Positions 47,033 through 55,816 of a stretch of 55,816 nt of DNA are shown in pieces. The notes under the pieces are model-generated. The model had not been told where the DNA came from. It worked only from the letters and a program-made list of their open reading frames with translations, and did not search any database. The stretch covers positions 1 to 55,816 of the forward strand of contig CAYPYX010000005.1 in assembly GCA_964415065.1 (NCBI GenBank), in the 5' to 3' direction. Numbering within the stretch: position 1 is the stretch's first letter; the number at the start of each line of letters is the position of its first letter. The translations under genes were made by a program, and so were the position numbers. Origin of the DNA: an uncultured Rhizobium sp. (GTDB lineage: Bacteria; Bacteroidota; Bacteroidia; NS11-12g; UBA955).

Positions 47033-47728
47033 ATGAAAGCAAATAATTCATCCTCCAATCAAACTGGATTTCCTGTTGCCGAATTAAGACAACTTCTTAA
47101 AGAACATGCACAACCCGAAAAAAAAGAGGGGATGCAGGCTTACATGAAAAATCTTTTTCCGTACATAGGTGTAACAGCCACTGCACGAAAAGAGGTATTC
47201 AAATTATTTTTATCGTTTTGGCATCCCCAAAATAAAGAAGAATTGAAACAATGGGTAGCCGTTTTATGGAACGAGCCAGAACGCGAATTTCAATACGTGG
47301 CTATGGAGTTTATTTCCAAATATATCAAATGGTTAGACAATTCAGATATTCCTTTTTTAAAAGAACTCATCCTTCAAAAAAGTTGGTGGGATACAGTTGA
47401 TATGTTGGCAGGGAGTTATTTGGGCAATATTTTATTGAAACACATGCATGCCCTTCCCCAATTAATGGAAGAATTTACAGCAGATTCCAACATGTGGGTA
47501 AATCGAAGTGCGATTATTTGTCAACTAAAATTTAAAGATAAAACGAACACCGAATGGTTAGAATTCTCCATACTTCCACACATGGATTCTAAAGAATTTT
47601 TTCATCAAAAAGCCATAGGTTGGGCATTGCGCCAATATGCTAAGAGCAACCCCCATTGGGTCATCGAATTTGTAAATAAATATCCTTTGAAACCCTTATC
47701 TAAAAGGGAAGCTTTAAAACATTTCTGA
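47033..47728 (+). CDS. DNA alkylation repair protein (AlkD-like HEAT-repeat family)
   Basis: 231 aa with the pattern YMKN.FPYIGV, REFQY.AMEF, SWWDTVDMLA, VNRSAIICQL and AIGWALRQYAK typical of this family. Confidence 0.78.
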   Translation: MKANNSSSNQTGFPVAELRQLLKEHAQPEKKEGMQAYMKNLFPYIGVTATARKEVFKLFLSFWHPQNKEELKQWVAVLWNEPEREFQYVAMEFISKYIKWLDNSDIPFLKELILQKSWWDTVDMLAGSYLGNILLKHMHALPQLMEEFTADSNMWVNRSAIICQLKFKDKTNTEWLEFSILPHMDSKEFFHQKAIGWALRQYAKSNPHWVIEFVNKYPLKPLSKREALKHF

Positions 47729-47801
47729 CAATCAAGTGCCTGCAGAAAACTAACAGAGTTTCTATACAAATTTACCCTGCGTTTTTCTTTCGGGATAGTA
47801 C

Positions 47802-48449
47802 TTAATTCGTATCAAATGATTCTCCCCAAGCCTGAGGATTAGCTGCAAATTGCTGAACACTGGCTAAATCTTCGGTGGCAATATACCCTTCCTGGGCTGC
47901 AACCTCTGAAAGAACTTCAAAATTTGAGATCGTGTAAACAGGTATACCTTCTTCTGCAAACTTTTTCTGAGCATCTGCAAAACCATAGGTAAATAAAGCA
48001 ATTAGACCAACTACTTCTCCACCTGCATTACGAACACCTTCTACCGCTTGCAAAGAACTTTTTCCAGTTGAAATCAGATCTTCAACCAACACCACTTTAT
48101 CACCTGGTGCAAGATAGCCTTCCACCTGATTTTTTAGTCCGTGTTTCTTTGGTTCAGGTCGAACATAACAATACGACATCCCCAATCGATCTGCTGCCAG
48201 AACGCCATGAGCAATACCCGCAGTGGCAATTCCTGCTATCCGATCAACTCCCGGAAATTGGTTCTTAATCATCTCTGCTAACGAGTCAGCAACGAAGTTT
48301 CTAACCTCGGGATACGATAATACCGTACGGTTATCGCAGTAAATGGGTGACTTAATTCCTGATGTCCAGGTAAATGGCTCTCTGGGAGATAATTTAACAG
48401 CCTTTATTTCCAAGAGAAATTTTGCTAATTTTGCACTTTGATGTGACAT
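47802..48449 (-). CDS. pyrE: orotate phosphoribosyltransferase
   Basis: 215 aa. FTWTSGIKSPIYCDNR and PRPP motif VVLVEDLISTGKSS. Confidence 0.92.
   Translation of the reverse strand: MSHQSAKLAKFLLEIKAVKLSPREPFTWTSGIKSPIYCDNRTVLSYPEVRNFVADSLAEMIKNQFPGVDRIAGIATAGIAHGVLAADRLGMSYCYVRPEPKKHGLKNQVEGYLAPGDKVVLVEDLISTGKSSLQAVEGVRNAGGEVVGLIALFTYGFADAQKKFAEEGIPVYTISNFEVLSEVAAQEGYIATEDLASVQQFAANPQAWGESFDTN
48426..48433 (+). promoter_or_regulatory. putative -7 box TAATTTTG
   Basis: Exact TAnnTTTG 14 nt upstream of ATG 48448. It is embedded in the first codons of divergent pyrE. Confidence 0.45.
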
Positions 48450-49068
48450 GGAGCCGCAAACTTACAAAATCTACTTTAATGAAGGATCGTTAATTATCAC
48501 CGATTCTTTGAGTACACTGAAAGGAATTCCCAACTTGTACTACATAGGGGACGATGAACTGCATAAGAGTTTCAATATTCTTATATCGAATGAAGCTTTC
48601 GGAAAAGCCATGACTTTTGGTCTTATCTGTCCTAATCCAAAAGAAGTATTCGATGAGTTTACCTCCGACTATACGGTAATTCAAGCTGCTGGAGGTTTGG
48701 TTTTCAATAAAGAAAATCAACTTTTAACCATCAAAAGAAATGGTGTTTGGGATCTGCCAAAAGGTAAAATTGAAAAACACGAAGACCAAATGGCGGCCGC
48801 TTTGCGTGAAGTAATGGAAGAAACTGGCATTAATCGCATCAATATTTCCAACAAAATCGGAGAAACCTATCATGCGTATTTTGAAGATGAAGTCATTCTT
48901 CTAAAAGAAACTCATTGGTATCGAATGAACAACAGCGGAACCAATGACTTGAAGCCTCAAACTGAAGAAGGTATATCCGAAGTGAAGTTTGCTGATCTGG
49001 ATTGGTTTAAATCAACGGATTTTCAGACTTATTCGTCGATTCGCGACATTATTGCGAAGGTGCTTTAA
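48448..49068 (+). CDS. NUDIX hydrolase
   Basis: 206 aa. Nudix box GKIEKHEDQMAAALREVMEETGI after a ~70-aa N-terminal extension. Confidence 0.8.
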   Translation: MEPQTYKIYFNEGSLIITDSLSTLKGIPNLYYIGDDELHKSFNILISNEAFGKAMTFGLICPNPKEVFDEFTSDYTVIQAAGGLVFNKENQLLTIKRNGVWDLPKGKIEKHEDQMAAALREVMEETGINRINISNKIGETYHAYFEDEVILLKETHWYRMNNSGTNDLKPQTEEGISEVKFADLDWFKSTDFQTYSSIRDIIAKVL

Positions 49069-49114
49069 ATTTCAAATAGTTGATTTCTGCGCTTACAGTG
49101 CGTAATTCTTTGCG

Positions 49115-49582
49115 TTATATACCTGTTAATCCATCAGGCATATAGCGTTGGTAATCTCCTTCGTGTAAAATCAAATCACGGACCAGTGTACTGCTGATAT
49201 AACTCAATCCCGGACTACTTAAAATGAATACTGTTTCGATTCCGTGGCTCAAATCTTTATTTAGTTGAGCAATGTGAGACTCATAATCAAAATCACTACC
49301 ATTTCTCAAACCACGCAATAAAAACTTTGCACCGATTTGATCGCAATATTCTACGGTTAAGCCTTCATAATGATCTATTCGGACATTTGGAAACGGTGCA
49401 AACGTTTCTTCCAACCATTTTGTGCGTTGATCTAAATCAAACAAAGTAGTTTTCTTCGTATTAATACCAATGGCAACTACCACTTCGTCAAAGAGCTGTG
49501 CTCCTCGAGCAACTATATCAAGATGACCCTTGGTTACAGGATCAAACGTACCAGGAAATACGGCTATGGTTTTGGAAGTCAT
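49115..49582 (-). CDS. coaD: phosphopantetheine adenylyltransferase
   Basis: 155 aa with IAVFPGTFDPVTKGHLDIV, LLRGLRN and ISSTLVR blocks. Confidence 0.95.
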   Translation of the reverse strand: MTSKTIAVFPGTFDPVTKGHLDIVARGAQLFDEVVVAIGINTKKTTLFDLDQRTKWLEETFAPFPNVRIDHYEGLTVEYCDQIGAKFLLRGLRNGSDFDYESHIAQLNKDLSHGIETVFILSSPGLSYISSTLVRDLILHEGDYQRYMPDGLTGI

Positions 49583-49636
49583 GACTAGAAATTACACACA
49601 ATTAAGTTGTGAATAGTTAATAATTATTGAAATAAA

Positions 49637-50179
49637 TTACAACGAAGGTAAAGATTCCGCTGTGAAAATGGAACAACTTGTTTGACCGTAGTCTTTTCTC
49701 ATCAAAACTGGACGATTGAATACCAACTGTGGTTGATGTTCGAATATAAACCAACCGCCTTCTTTTAATAAAGGAACCACTTGATCTGGTAAAGATTGTA
49801 AATCAGGGAGTGCATAGGGTGGATCAGCAAAAATCACATCAAACCGTTCCTCCGTTTTTTGAATAAACTTAAAAACATCTGCCTTGTTGATTTCCCATAT
49901 TGCTGCATCTTGACGCATCTGCTTCACTTTTTTTTGATGCACAATATTCTTTGAATCCAAATCTACGGAAACTACACGATTTGCACCCCGGCTGATGAAT
50001 TCCGCAGCAATGATTCCGGAACCGCTAAATAAATCCAACACCGAAATATCTTCTATACCCTGGTGGTGTTCCAGTAGATTAAATAAACTTTCTCGCATAC
50101 GGTCCGTTGACGGTCTCACATGAAGTGCAAAGCCATGAGGCAATACCCATCCCTTTAATTTACCACCCGTTACTCGCAT
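49637..50179 (-). CDS. rsmD: 16S rRNA (guanine966-N2)-methyltransferase RsmD family
   Basis: The start is set at MRVTGGKLKGW (ATG 50179), the family-typical N-terminus. Motifs LDLFSGSGIIAAE and IFADPPY. Upstream of coaD, as is commonly seen. Confidence 0.85.
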   Translation of the reverse strand: MRVTGGKLKGWVLPHGFALHVRPSTDRMRESLFNLLEHHQGIEDISVLDLFSGSGIIAAEFISRGANRVVSVDLDSKNIVHQKKVKQMRQDAAIWEINKADVFKFIQKTEERFDVIFADPPYALPDLQSLPDQVVPLLKEGGWFIFEHQPQLVFNRPVLMRKDYGQTSCSIFTAESLPSL

Positions 50180-50196
50180 TGCTTCAATTTTATTTT

Positions 50197-50895
50197 TTAA
50201 TACTCTTCTGGCACTGATAAACCAGGCATTTTTTGTAAATAATACGACAAATGGCGGTAAGGAGACGTTAAAAACTGAGGATAAATCCAATCGTACTTCA
50301 TCACTTCTGTACTTAATTCCAATTTATTCAATTTGGCTTGGAAATCAGCTATGAAATCACTCTCTGCATCGGTAAAAATAACAAATTCGCCTCGATGAAT
50401 TTCTGTATCCTGCGCTGCAGACAAAGCAAAATACAATGCCTCTTGCAAGTCCGAAGCAACAAACATATTACCGAAAACAAAGTTCCCGCTTTTAAAACAA
50501 ACAACATAAATTATCCCTTCGTGATGCCACACAAACAATAAATTCGGATGCTTCCTGGATATATGTTCTGCTTGAACAAATACCGATTGAAATAAATGTT
50601 GACGGTGTTTCCCCTTATAACACAAGTAAACACCCGGCTTCAACAAGGTTTTTGTGTCAATTTCTAATCCATCAGGCTCCGCATTTAGAAACTGCTCAGG
50701 TATGATCTGAAATTCACGATTCCACAATACTGCCTGCCCGCGATTTTCAATCTTGGATTTGCTATCAATTTGATGAGATGTTACCTTTAATTCAGAATTC
50801 AACGACATAACATTGAGCATTCCGTTATGTTTGAGCGAAACTACCACATCCGAAGGAGTCCATTCGGTAGCGCGATATTCCCAGTTTGAATCCAT
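50197..50895 (-). CDS. hypothetical protein (possibly DUF3822 family, from recalled synteny with rsmD only)
   Basis: 233-aa ORF from ATG 50895, 17 nt upstream of rsmD. I recognise no catalytic motif. Confidence 0.4.
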   Translation of the reverse strand: MDSNWEYRATEWTPSDVVVSLKHNGMLNVMSLNSELKVTSHQIDSKSKIENRGQAVLWNREFQIIPEQFLNAEPDGLEIDTKTLLKPGVYLCYKGKHRQHLFQSVFVQAEHISRKHPNLLFVWHHEGIIYVVCFKSGNFVFGNMFVASDLQEALYFALSAAQDTEIHRGEFVIFTDAESDFIADFQAKLNKLELSTEVMKYDWIYPQFLTSPYRHLSYYLQKMPGLSVPEEY

Positions 50896-50957
50896 GCAAC
50901 AAAATTGCAAAAACTATCTATCAACCCCAAATATCTTCGTAAATTGGCACGTATTTA

Positions 50958-53900
50958 ATGATTAATTACATGTTTCAACCTAGTTGTTATCGGTTTTTCG
51001 GGGGATATTTATTCTGTTTATTATTCATTTTCGGGAGTACTTATTCCCTGGACGCTCAAAATTCACATTTATCCCAACCCGATAAATCAGAAATTTTACC
51101 TACAAAAACAACTTTCCGTTCCGCTGAAAATCCACTTTATGCACCTCCCTCCAATTTTCGTTCAGTCAAAAATCCATTGTATTGGAAAAATAAAAAACCC
51201 TATGAAGGTTACTGGCAACAGGATGTAGCCTATTCTATCCAAGCCTCGCTTAATGATTCTACCGAAATTATTGACGGATTTTTAGAGTTAACCTACTACA
51301 ACAACAGTCCCAATGCCTTAACCGAATTTTACTTTCATCTTTATCAAAACGCGAATCAACCGGGGTCACTCACCGACCAATTGTACCAAAAGAATAAAAT
51401 AAAAACGCAATATGGTAAATACGAATCCCAGAACTTAGGAACTGAAATTCTACAAGTTAAAATCGATAATCAGCCAATTTCCTCCAATCAAATCAACATC
51501 GACTTCACCATCATGCGAATTGCATTTCCTCAGAAACTTCAACCTGGTGATAGTTGCGTTTTTCAAATTGCTTTTAAAACCTACTTTGATCGTGGGAGCA
51601 TACGACGGAGAATGAAAGTATTTGATCACCACGGCATAAAACACTTCAATGGAGTGCACTGGTATCCCAGAATTTGTGTGTATGACAGAAAATTCTCGTG
51701 GGAAACAGCTCAACATTTAGAAAAAGAATTTTATGGAGATTTTGGGACATTTAACGTTCAATTAACGCTGCCCGAGCACTATATAGTGGAGGCAACAGGA
51801 CAACTGATTAACGAACAGCAAGTACTTCCCCCGACACTTAAACAGAAGCTACAAATCTCTAATTTTGCTCGAAAGCCTATAAACAGTGCGCCTTCTGTAA
51901 TCATTCCCCCATCCTCAAAAACCAAAACTTGGCACTATTTCGCTGAAAATGTTCATGATTTTGCCTGGACAGCCGATCCATCATATCGCATCGCAGAAGT
52001 CAACTGGAATGGCATCAAATGCGTGGCAATCGCACAAGAAAATAATGCTGCAGGTTGGCAAGCCACAGCACAATTTACATCGGAAGTAATTGCCCTATAC
52101 TCCCGAAATTTTGGAAAATATGAATACCCTAAAATTGTAGTGGCCGATGCTGCTGATGGTATGGAGTACCCAATGCTAACTCTATGCGGCGGTTACTATC
52201 CCTCCCATCGAAACCTGATTGCACATGAAGTTGGACATAACTGGTTTATGGGTATGGTTGGTAGCAATGAAACCTATCGGGCCTCATTGGATGAAGGCTT
52301 TACACAATTCCTTACCGCTTTCGCATTGAGCAAATTGAAAGTAAGTTATTTCCCCGAATATTATCAAGTTTATGCCGGTTATATTTACGATGCAATTGAT
52401 GGAAAAGACATGCCTTTAAATACCCACAGCAATGAATTTAATGATGCTGTAGGTCACGACGGTGGTTATGGACATGTGTATTTCAAAACCGCTACAATGC
52501 TTTATAATCTCCAATATTTATTGGGCGATTCTGTGTTCATGCTCGCCATGAAAAACTATACTCAGCAATGGAAAATGTGTCATCCATACGAAGAAGATTT
52601 TAGAAATAGCATCATAATATCGGCACAAACTGATTTAAATACATTCTTTGACCAATGGTTACAATCCAAAGCGGTGGTTGACTACGGAATAAAAAAAGTA
52701 CGTCCTCTAGGGAATGATCAATATAAAATTCAAATAAAACGACATGGTAATTTAGTAATGCCGGTACACTTGGATGTAATTGCTTCCCAGAATCATAAAA
52801 ACACGAAACTTTTACAATACACCATCCCATCGAATAACTATAGGATTCCCGGCCGACTTCATTCCAAAACTTGGCATTCTTGGAATCAATTAAATACAAC
52901 TTTTGGACTACAAGTACAGCTTCCTCCTGGATACAAAATAGACCAAATTTGGTTAGACCGAACTGGGATGTTGGCTGATATAGATCGAAGAGATAATGTA
53001 TGGAAAAAACGATCTGATTGGCATTTTGATTGGGAAAATGGAAGTGACCCCAATTACTTAGGAGGTTATCACTTTTTGTACCGACCCGCTCTTAGATACA
53101 ATCAATATTCTGGTTGGTTACTCGGTGCAAAATTAAGTGGGCAATATGTTAAAAGAAAACATGTATTTGATGGTCGCGTATTCTATGCAATTCAACCCAA
53201 TTACAATCAGAATAACTTCCCCCAAAATAGTGGTTTGAATTCAGTTTCACAATCGTTGGGAAATCCACTTGCATACTCACCCATTTGGATGCTACCCCAA
53301 CGTTTAAGTGGTTGGATTAACTGGGAACATCACGTTCGAAATGGAGGAGTTTATTTCGCCGATTTCACTTCAATGAATCGTAGATTGATGGTTAAATCAG
53401 GTTGGAAAATATCGGTTGGAAACCACACATTTGGATTTTATGGAAAACACATGCAAGGTATACAAAATGCCTTTAACTACACCTCGTATTCTGCCTATTT
53501 CCCCGGAGGAATGGGAACGGATTCACTGGCAAATTTTCTGAGCAACGGGGGAGATTTATCCGACCGTGAAATTGTAAACCCTGCTAACGATCTTTTCATT
53601 GGCTACAACAATCAACACTTCAATCAACGTGAGTTTAACGGAATCATTTCGGAAATTTCCCGATGGAATCCGCAAGCCAACACATCCCTGAATTTATTTT
53701 GGGATGTAAAATACAGCGGCTTTGGTCGTACAGGCAGCATTCAAACGAGTGTGCGAATGTTATCTCCCTGGAGTTTTAGTCAATATGGATGGGTAAATGT
53801 AACCTGGAAACACAATCAACCTTTATATAAATCCGTTGTAAAATCAAGGGTTTTCGCACAAATTGGCGCTGGAAATACACTTACTCCAGAATCTGTTTTG

Positions 53901-54635
53901 TACGCAGCCGGAGCCAACCCAGAAGAAGAATTTGAAAACCCAATAATGCGCGATTTTGGTCAAATAAACATTGCTCCCATAAGCTGGTTTGAAAGTTTGC
54001 CTACCATTCCTACCAACTCCACTCAGTTTTTACAGTATGGTGGAGGTTTGAATTTGCGAGGATATCAAGGAAGACCCTTAGGTTTACGTGGATCGAATGA
54101 TTCTGTTTATGCTTTTTTTCGGGGGACATCTGGACTGAGTGCCAATCTAGAATGGGAATTTACCGAATATTGGCGCAAGCTAAGCAATGCTTTGATATGG
54201 GGTAGATTAAGCAACCGCACCCGGAGTAAATTACCCAAAATACTTCTTCATCCATATGTTTTTGCAGATGCAGGGGTAATGATTTTTAATGCTAATGAAG
54301 TAAATGGAAGTCGCATTGGCAATACCAATGGTGGCAATTCCGGAAGCGGCAGTGGTTCCGGTACTGGCAATGGCACTGGTATTGGCGGTTCCAGCGGAAG
54401 CAATTCAAACAGATTTTTAGGTGGTTCAATCATCCATTCGGGATTAATTATGGATGCCGGAATCGGGACATTGGTCGAATTTAAAGGATTCAACAACGTT
54501 ATTTCTAAAAGAATTCTAAATGAAACACGACCTTTGCGATTTCGTTTTGATATGCCATTATTTCTTAATACAACAGTCGCGGGTGAATCTTCACTACAAT
54601 TCCGTTGGTTATTAGGAATAGAACGCTCATTTTAA
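50958..54635 (+). CDS. M1-family zinc metallopeptidase fused to a C-terminal Omp85/BamA-like beta-barrel
   Basis: 1225 aa. Signal peptide GGYLFCLLFIFGSTYSLDAQ. ADGMEYPM and HEVGHNWFMG-x13-DEGFTQF (HExxH-x18-E; HExxH at nt 52224-52238). The C-terminal ~530 aa have strand periodicity, the Omp85 loop-6-like YGGGLNLRGYQG (nt ~54035-54070), DAGIG...RFRFDMP, and the terminal LQFRWLLGIERSF ending in Phe. Confidence 0.7.
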   Translation: MINYMFQPSCYRFFGGYLFCLLFIFGSTYSLDAQNSHLSQPDKSEILPTKTTFRSAENPLYAPPSNFRSVKNPLYWKNKKPYEGYWQQDVAYSIQASLNDSTEIIDGFLELTYYNNSPNALTEFYFHLYQNANQPGSLTDQLYQKNKIKTQYGKYESQNLGTEILQVKIDNQPISSNQINIDFTIMRIAFPQKLQPGDSCVFQIAFKTYFDRGSIRRRMKVFDHHGIKHFNGVHWYPRICVYDRKFSWETAQHLEKEFYGDFGTFNVQLTLPEHYIVEATGQLINEQQVLPPTLKQKLQISNFARKPINSAPSVIIPPSSKTKTWHYFAENVHDFAWTADPSYRIAEVNWNGIKCVAIAQENNAAGWQATAQFTSEVIALYSRNFGKYEYPKIVVADAADGMEYPMLTLCGGYYPSHRNLIAHEVGHNWFMGMVGSNETYRASLDEGFTQFLTAFALSKLKVSYFPEYYQVYAGYIYDAIDGKDMPLNTHSNEFNDAVGHDGGYGHVYFKTATMLYNLQYLLGDSVFMLAMKNYTQQWKMCHPYEEDFRNSIIISAQTDLNTFFDQWLQSKAVVDYGIKKVRPLGNDQYKIQIKRHGNLVMPVHLDVIASQNHKNTKLLQYTIPSNNYRIPGRLHSKTWHSWNQLNTTFGLQVQLPPGYKIDQIWLDRTGMLADIDRRDNVWKKRSDWHFDWENGSDPNYLGGYHFLYRPALRYNQYSGWLLGAKLSGQYVKRKHVFDGRVFYAIQPNYNQNNFPQNSGLNSVSQSLGNPLAYSPIWMLPQRLSGWINWEHHVRNGGVYFADFTSMNRRLMVKSGWKISVGNHTFGFYGKHMQGIQNAFNYTSYSAYFPGGMGTDSLANFLSNGGDLSDREIVNPANDLFIGYNNQHFNQREFNGIISEISRWNPQANTSLNLFWDVKYSGFGRTGSIQTSVRMLSPWSFSQYGWVNVTWKHNQPLYKSVVKSRVFAQIGAGNTLTPESVLYAAGANPEEEFENPIMRDFGQINIAPISWFESLPTIPTNSTQFLQYGGGLNLRGYQGRPLGLRGSNDSVYAFFRGTSGLSANLEWEFTEYWRKLSNALIWGRLSNRTRSKLPKILLHPYVFADAGVMIFNANEVNGSRIGNTNGGNSGSGSGSGTGNGTGIGGSSGSNSNRFLGGSIIHSGLIMDAGIGTLVEFKGFNNVISKRILNETRPLRFRFDMPLFLNTTVAGESSLQFRWLLGIERSF

Positions 54636-54728
54636 ATGGAAATAATCTGTAAATTTTTTGGTAAACTATTTCTTAAATAAAAACTGACATCGATTAAATA
54701 ACAGCTGATACCGAATATTCCCAACAAC

Positions 54729-54926
54729 ATGAACTCCCCCGCTAATATTTAACTTAAATATATTCACCTTAATACAACAATTAATCATTCAAGAATAAAC
54801 TCCCTAGCCAATAATCAACATAAAAGCTTTATTTCAAACTACAGCATTTAAAATCCAAATATGAACTCCCCCGCTAATAATCAACCAAAAAATATTATTC
54901 AAAAAACATTCAAAACAATAACCTAT
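54729..54926. repeat. three units at exact 66-bp spacing, each starting with ATGAACTCCCCCGCTAATA-like sequence
   Basis: The 19-mer ATGAACTCCCCCGCTAATA is identical at 54729 and 54861. A diverged middle copy ATAAACTCCCTAGCCAATAATCAAC starts at 54795 (21/25 to the third copy). Unit tails are AT-rich and only loosely similar. Confidence 0.7.
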
Positions 54927-55649
54927 TTAACATACCCGGGCTTCTGGGCCGCATTAGGTACCTATTTGTTGTACAGTGGGTTTATTGATTACAATTCTGC
55001 ATTAAATATCATTGGGGATTCAACCTCTCAAGCTGGCTCTCTCAACTCAGGTTTTATTGAGTCACTTTCTGAATCCACAAAATTGTGGATCATCACTTGG
55101 TCATCATTTGCATTGCACGCGCTGTTTCCATTGGTTTTTGTTGTTGTAATGGTAAAACGAAAAGTATTCCCGTCCTTACATTTACCCGATTTAAAACATC
55201 GATTAATGGCAGTTGGTTTTTCGCTGGTATTGGCCTTATCGTTTTCTGGAATTCTTAGACTGATGGAAGCACCTTCTGTTTTATATGCTTGGAATCAGTT
55301 AGTCATTTTTTCTTTGCTAATACAGCTGTTATTCAACTCTATGAAATTCAAAATCAGTATTCATATGTTGTCGGCTTCAGCATTTTTTGCCTTCTTCTTT
55401 TTATACGCATCTTCGTTTGATTCATTAATGACTTCCGAAATGCTATCCTCTCAATCAGCCGAAATAGCCAAACTATTTTACCTAACCCCCAATCAATGGC
55501 TGGTTGCCGCTGCAATTAATTTACCAGTTGTCTATTTAGCTCGCTATATTCTCAAGGCACACGACCATGCAGAATTAATCATCGGATTGGTTGTTGGTAT
55601 TTCCATTACATTCATGAACGAATGGATTTTTCGTTCTCTTGGGATGTAA
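54861..55649 (+). CDS. hypothetical polytopic membrane protein
   Basis: 262 aa with about 7 hydrophobic segments. No confident family assignment. Confidence 0.5.
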   Translation: MNSPANNQPKNIIQKTFKTITYLTYPGFWAALGTYLLYSGFIDYNSALNIIGDSTSQAGSLNSGFIESLSESTKLWIITWSSFALHALFPLVFVVVMVKRKVFPSLHLPDLKHRLMAVGFSLVLALSFSGILRLMEAPSVLYAWNQLVIFSLLIQLLFNSMKFKISIHMLSASAFFAFFFLYASSFDSLMTSEMLSSQSAEIAKLFYLTPNQWLVAAAINLPVVYLARYILKAHDHAELIIGLVVGISITFMNEWIFRSLGM

Positions 55650-55816
55650 GAGTAGTAAATATCCAAATTTTACCCAACAATTTACATCTAGGAAAGCACT
55701 AAAAGTGACATTCCAACTACTTTAATTCCGTTTCTCTATTCATCAATTATTATTTTAGAGATTACTAAAAGTAGCTTTGCTATTACCGAAAATCAGTTTC
55801 TTTACACATCAATTAT

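Noticed and set aside
54861-55649. Weak PAP2-phosphatase-like pattern (SIHMLSAS; ARYILKAHDHAE resembling SRxxxxxHxxxD) in the membrane protein.
   Set aside because: Motif 1 (KxxxxxxRP) is not found and the other two matches are loose. This is insufficient for a family call without a profile search.
1-55816. Looked for mobile elements, prophage, defence islands, CRISPR arrays and rRNA/tRNA genes across the whole window.
   Set aside because: No ORF shows transposase, integrase, recombinase, Cas, restriction-modification or toxin-antitoxin motifs that I can recognise. No intergenic region has a tRNA-like cloverleaf or is long enough for an rRNA. Gene content is housekeeping with consistent AT-rich composition.

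Overview
This is a 55.8-kb AT-rich segment (about 38% GC by eye) that reads as core chromosome of a Bacteroidota bacterium. The phylum call rests on four things: two proteins with T9SS C-terminal sorting domains; CarboxypepD_reg-type TonB-dependent receptors paired with small lipoproteins; a fused E1 alpha/beta 2-oxoacid dehydrogenase; and repeated TAnnTTTG -7 boxes just upstream of start codons. I call about 43 protein-coding genes. Most are housekeeping: ileS, a dksA-like gene, lspA, lysS, gltA, uvrB, metH, uppS-bamA, purF, frr, purK, pyrE, coaD-rsmD, 3-hydroxyanthranilate dioxygenase, an ALDH7-like dehydrogenase and a DNA alkylation repair protein. I saw no rRNA, tRNA, CRISPR array, transposase, integrase, phage gene or recognisable defence gene, so this is not an obvious accessory island. 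I moved several ORF-track starts downstream where a -7 box or a signal peptide argues against the longest ORF. The loci most worth a second look are these. (1) A 1225-aa protein (50958-54635) fuses an M1 zinc aminopeptidase to a C-terminal Omp85/BamA-like beta-barrel, an architecture that resembles a type Vd autotransporter. (2) A compact minus-strand cluster (23468-27419) encodes a T9SS-sorted M1 aminopeptidase, an MbnP-like WxW lipoprotein and a di-haem MbnH/MauG-like peroxidase, with no methanobactin genes nearby. (3) A repeat-rich 342-bp convergent spacer lies downstream of bamA where skp/ompH genes are usually found, and it includes a 15-bp copy of the bamA 3' end. (4) Two paralogous TonB-receptor/lipoprotein pairs are present, one carrying an STN signalling domain with no sigma/anti-sigma partner in view. 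(5) Two genes have tandem duplications at their 5' ends (21-bp units and 66-bp units) that create extra in-frame starts or an upstream mini-ORF. (6) MetH lacks its homocysteine-binding module and has no adjacent partner gene. All family assignments come from reading motifs by eye. No database search was run.
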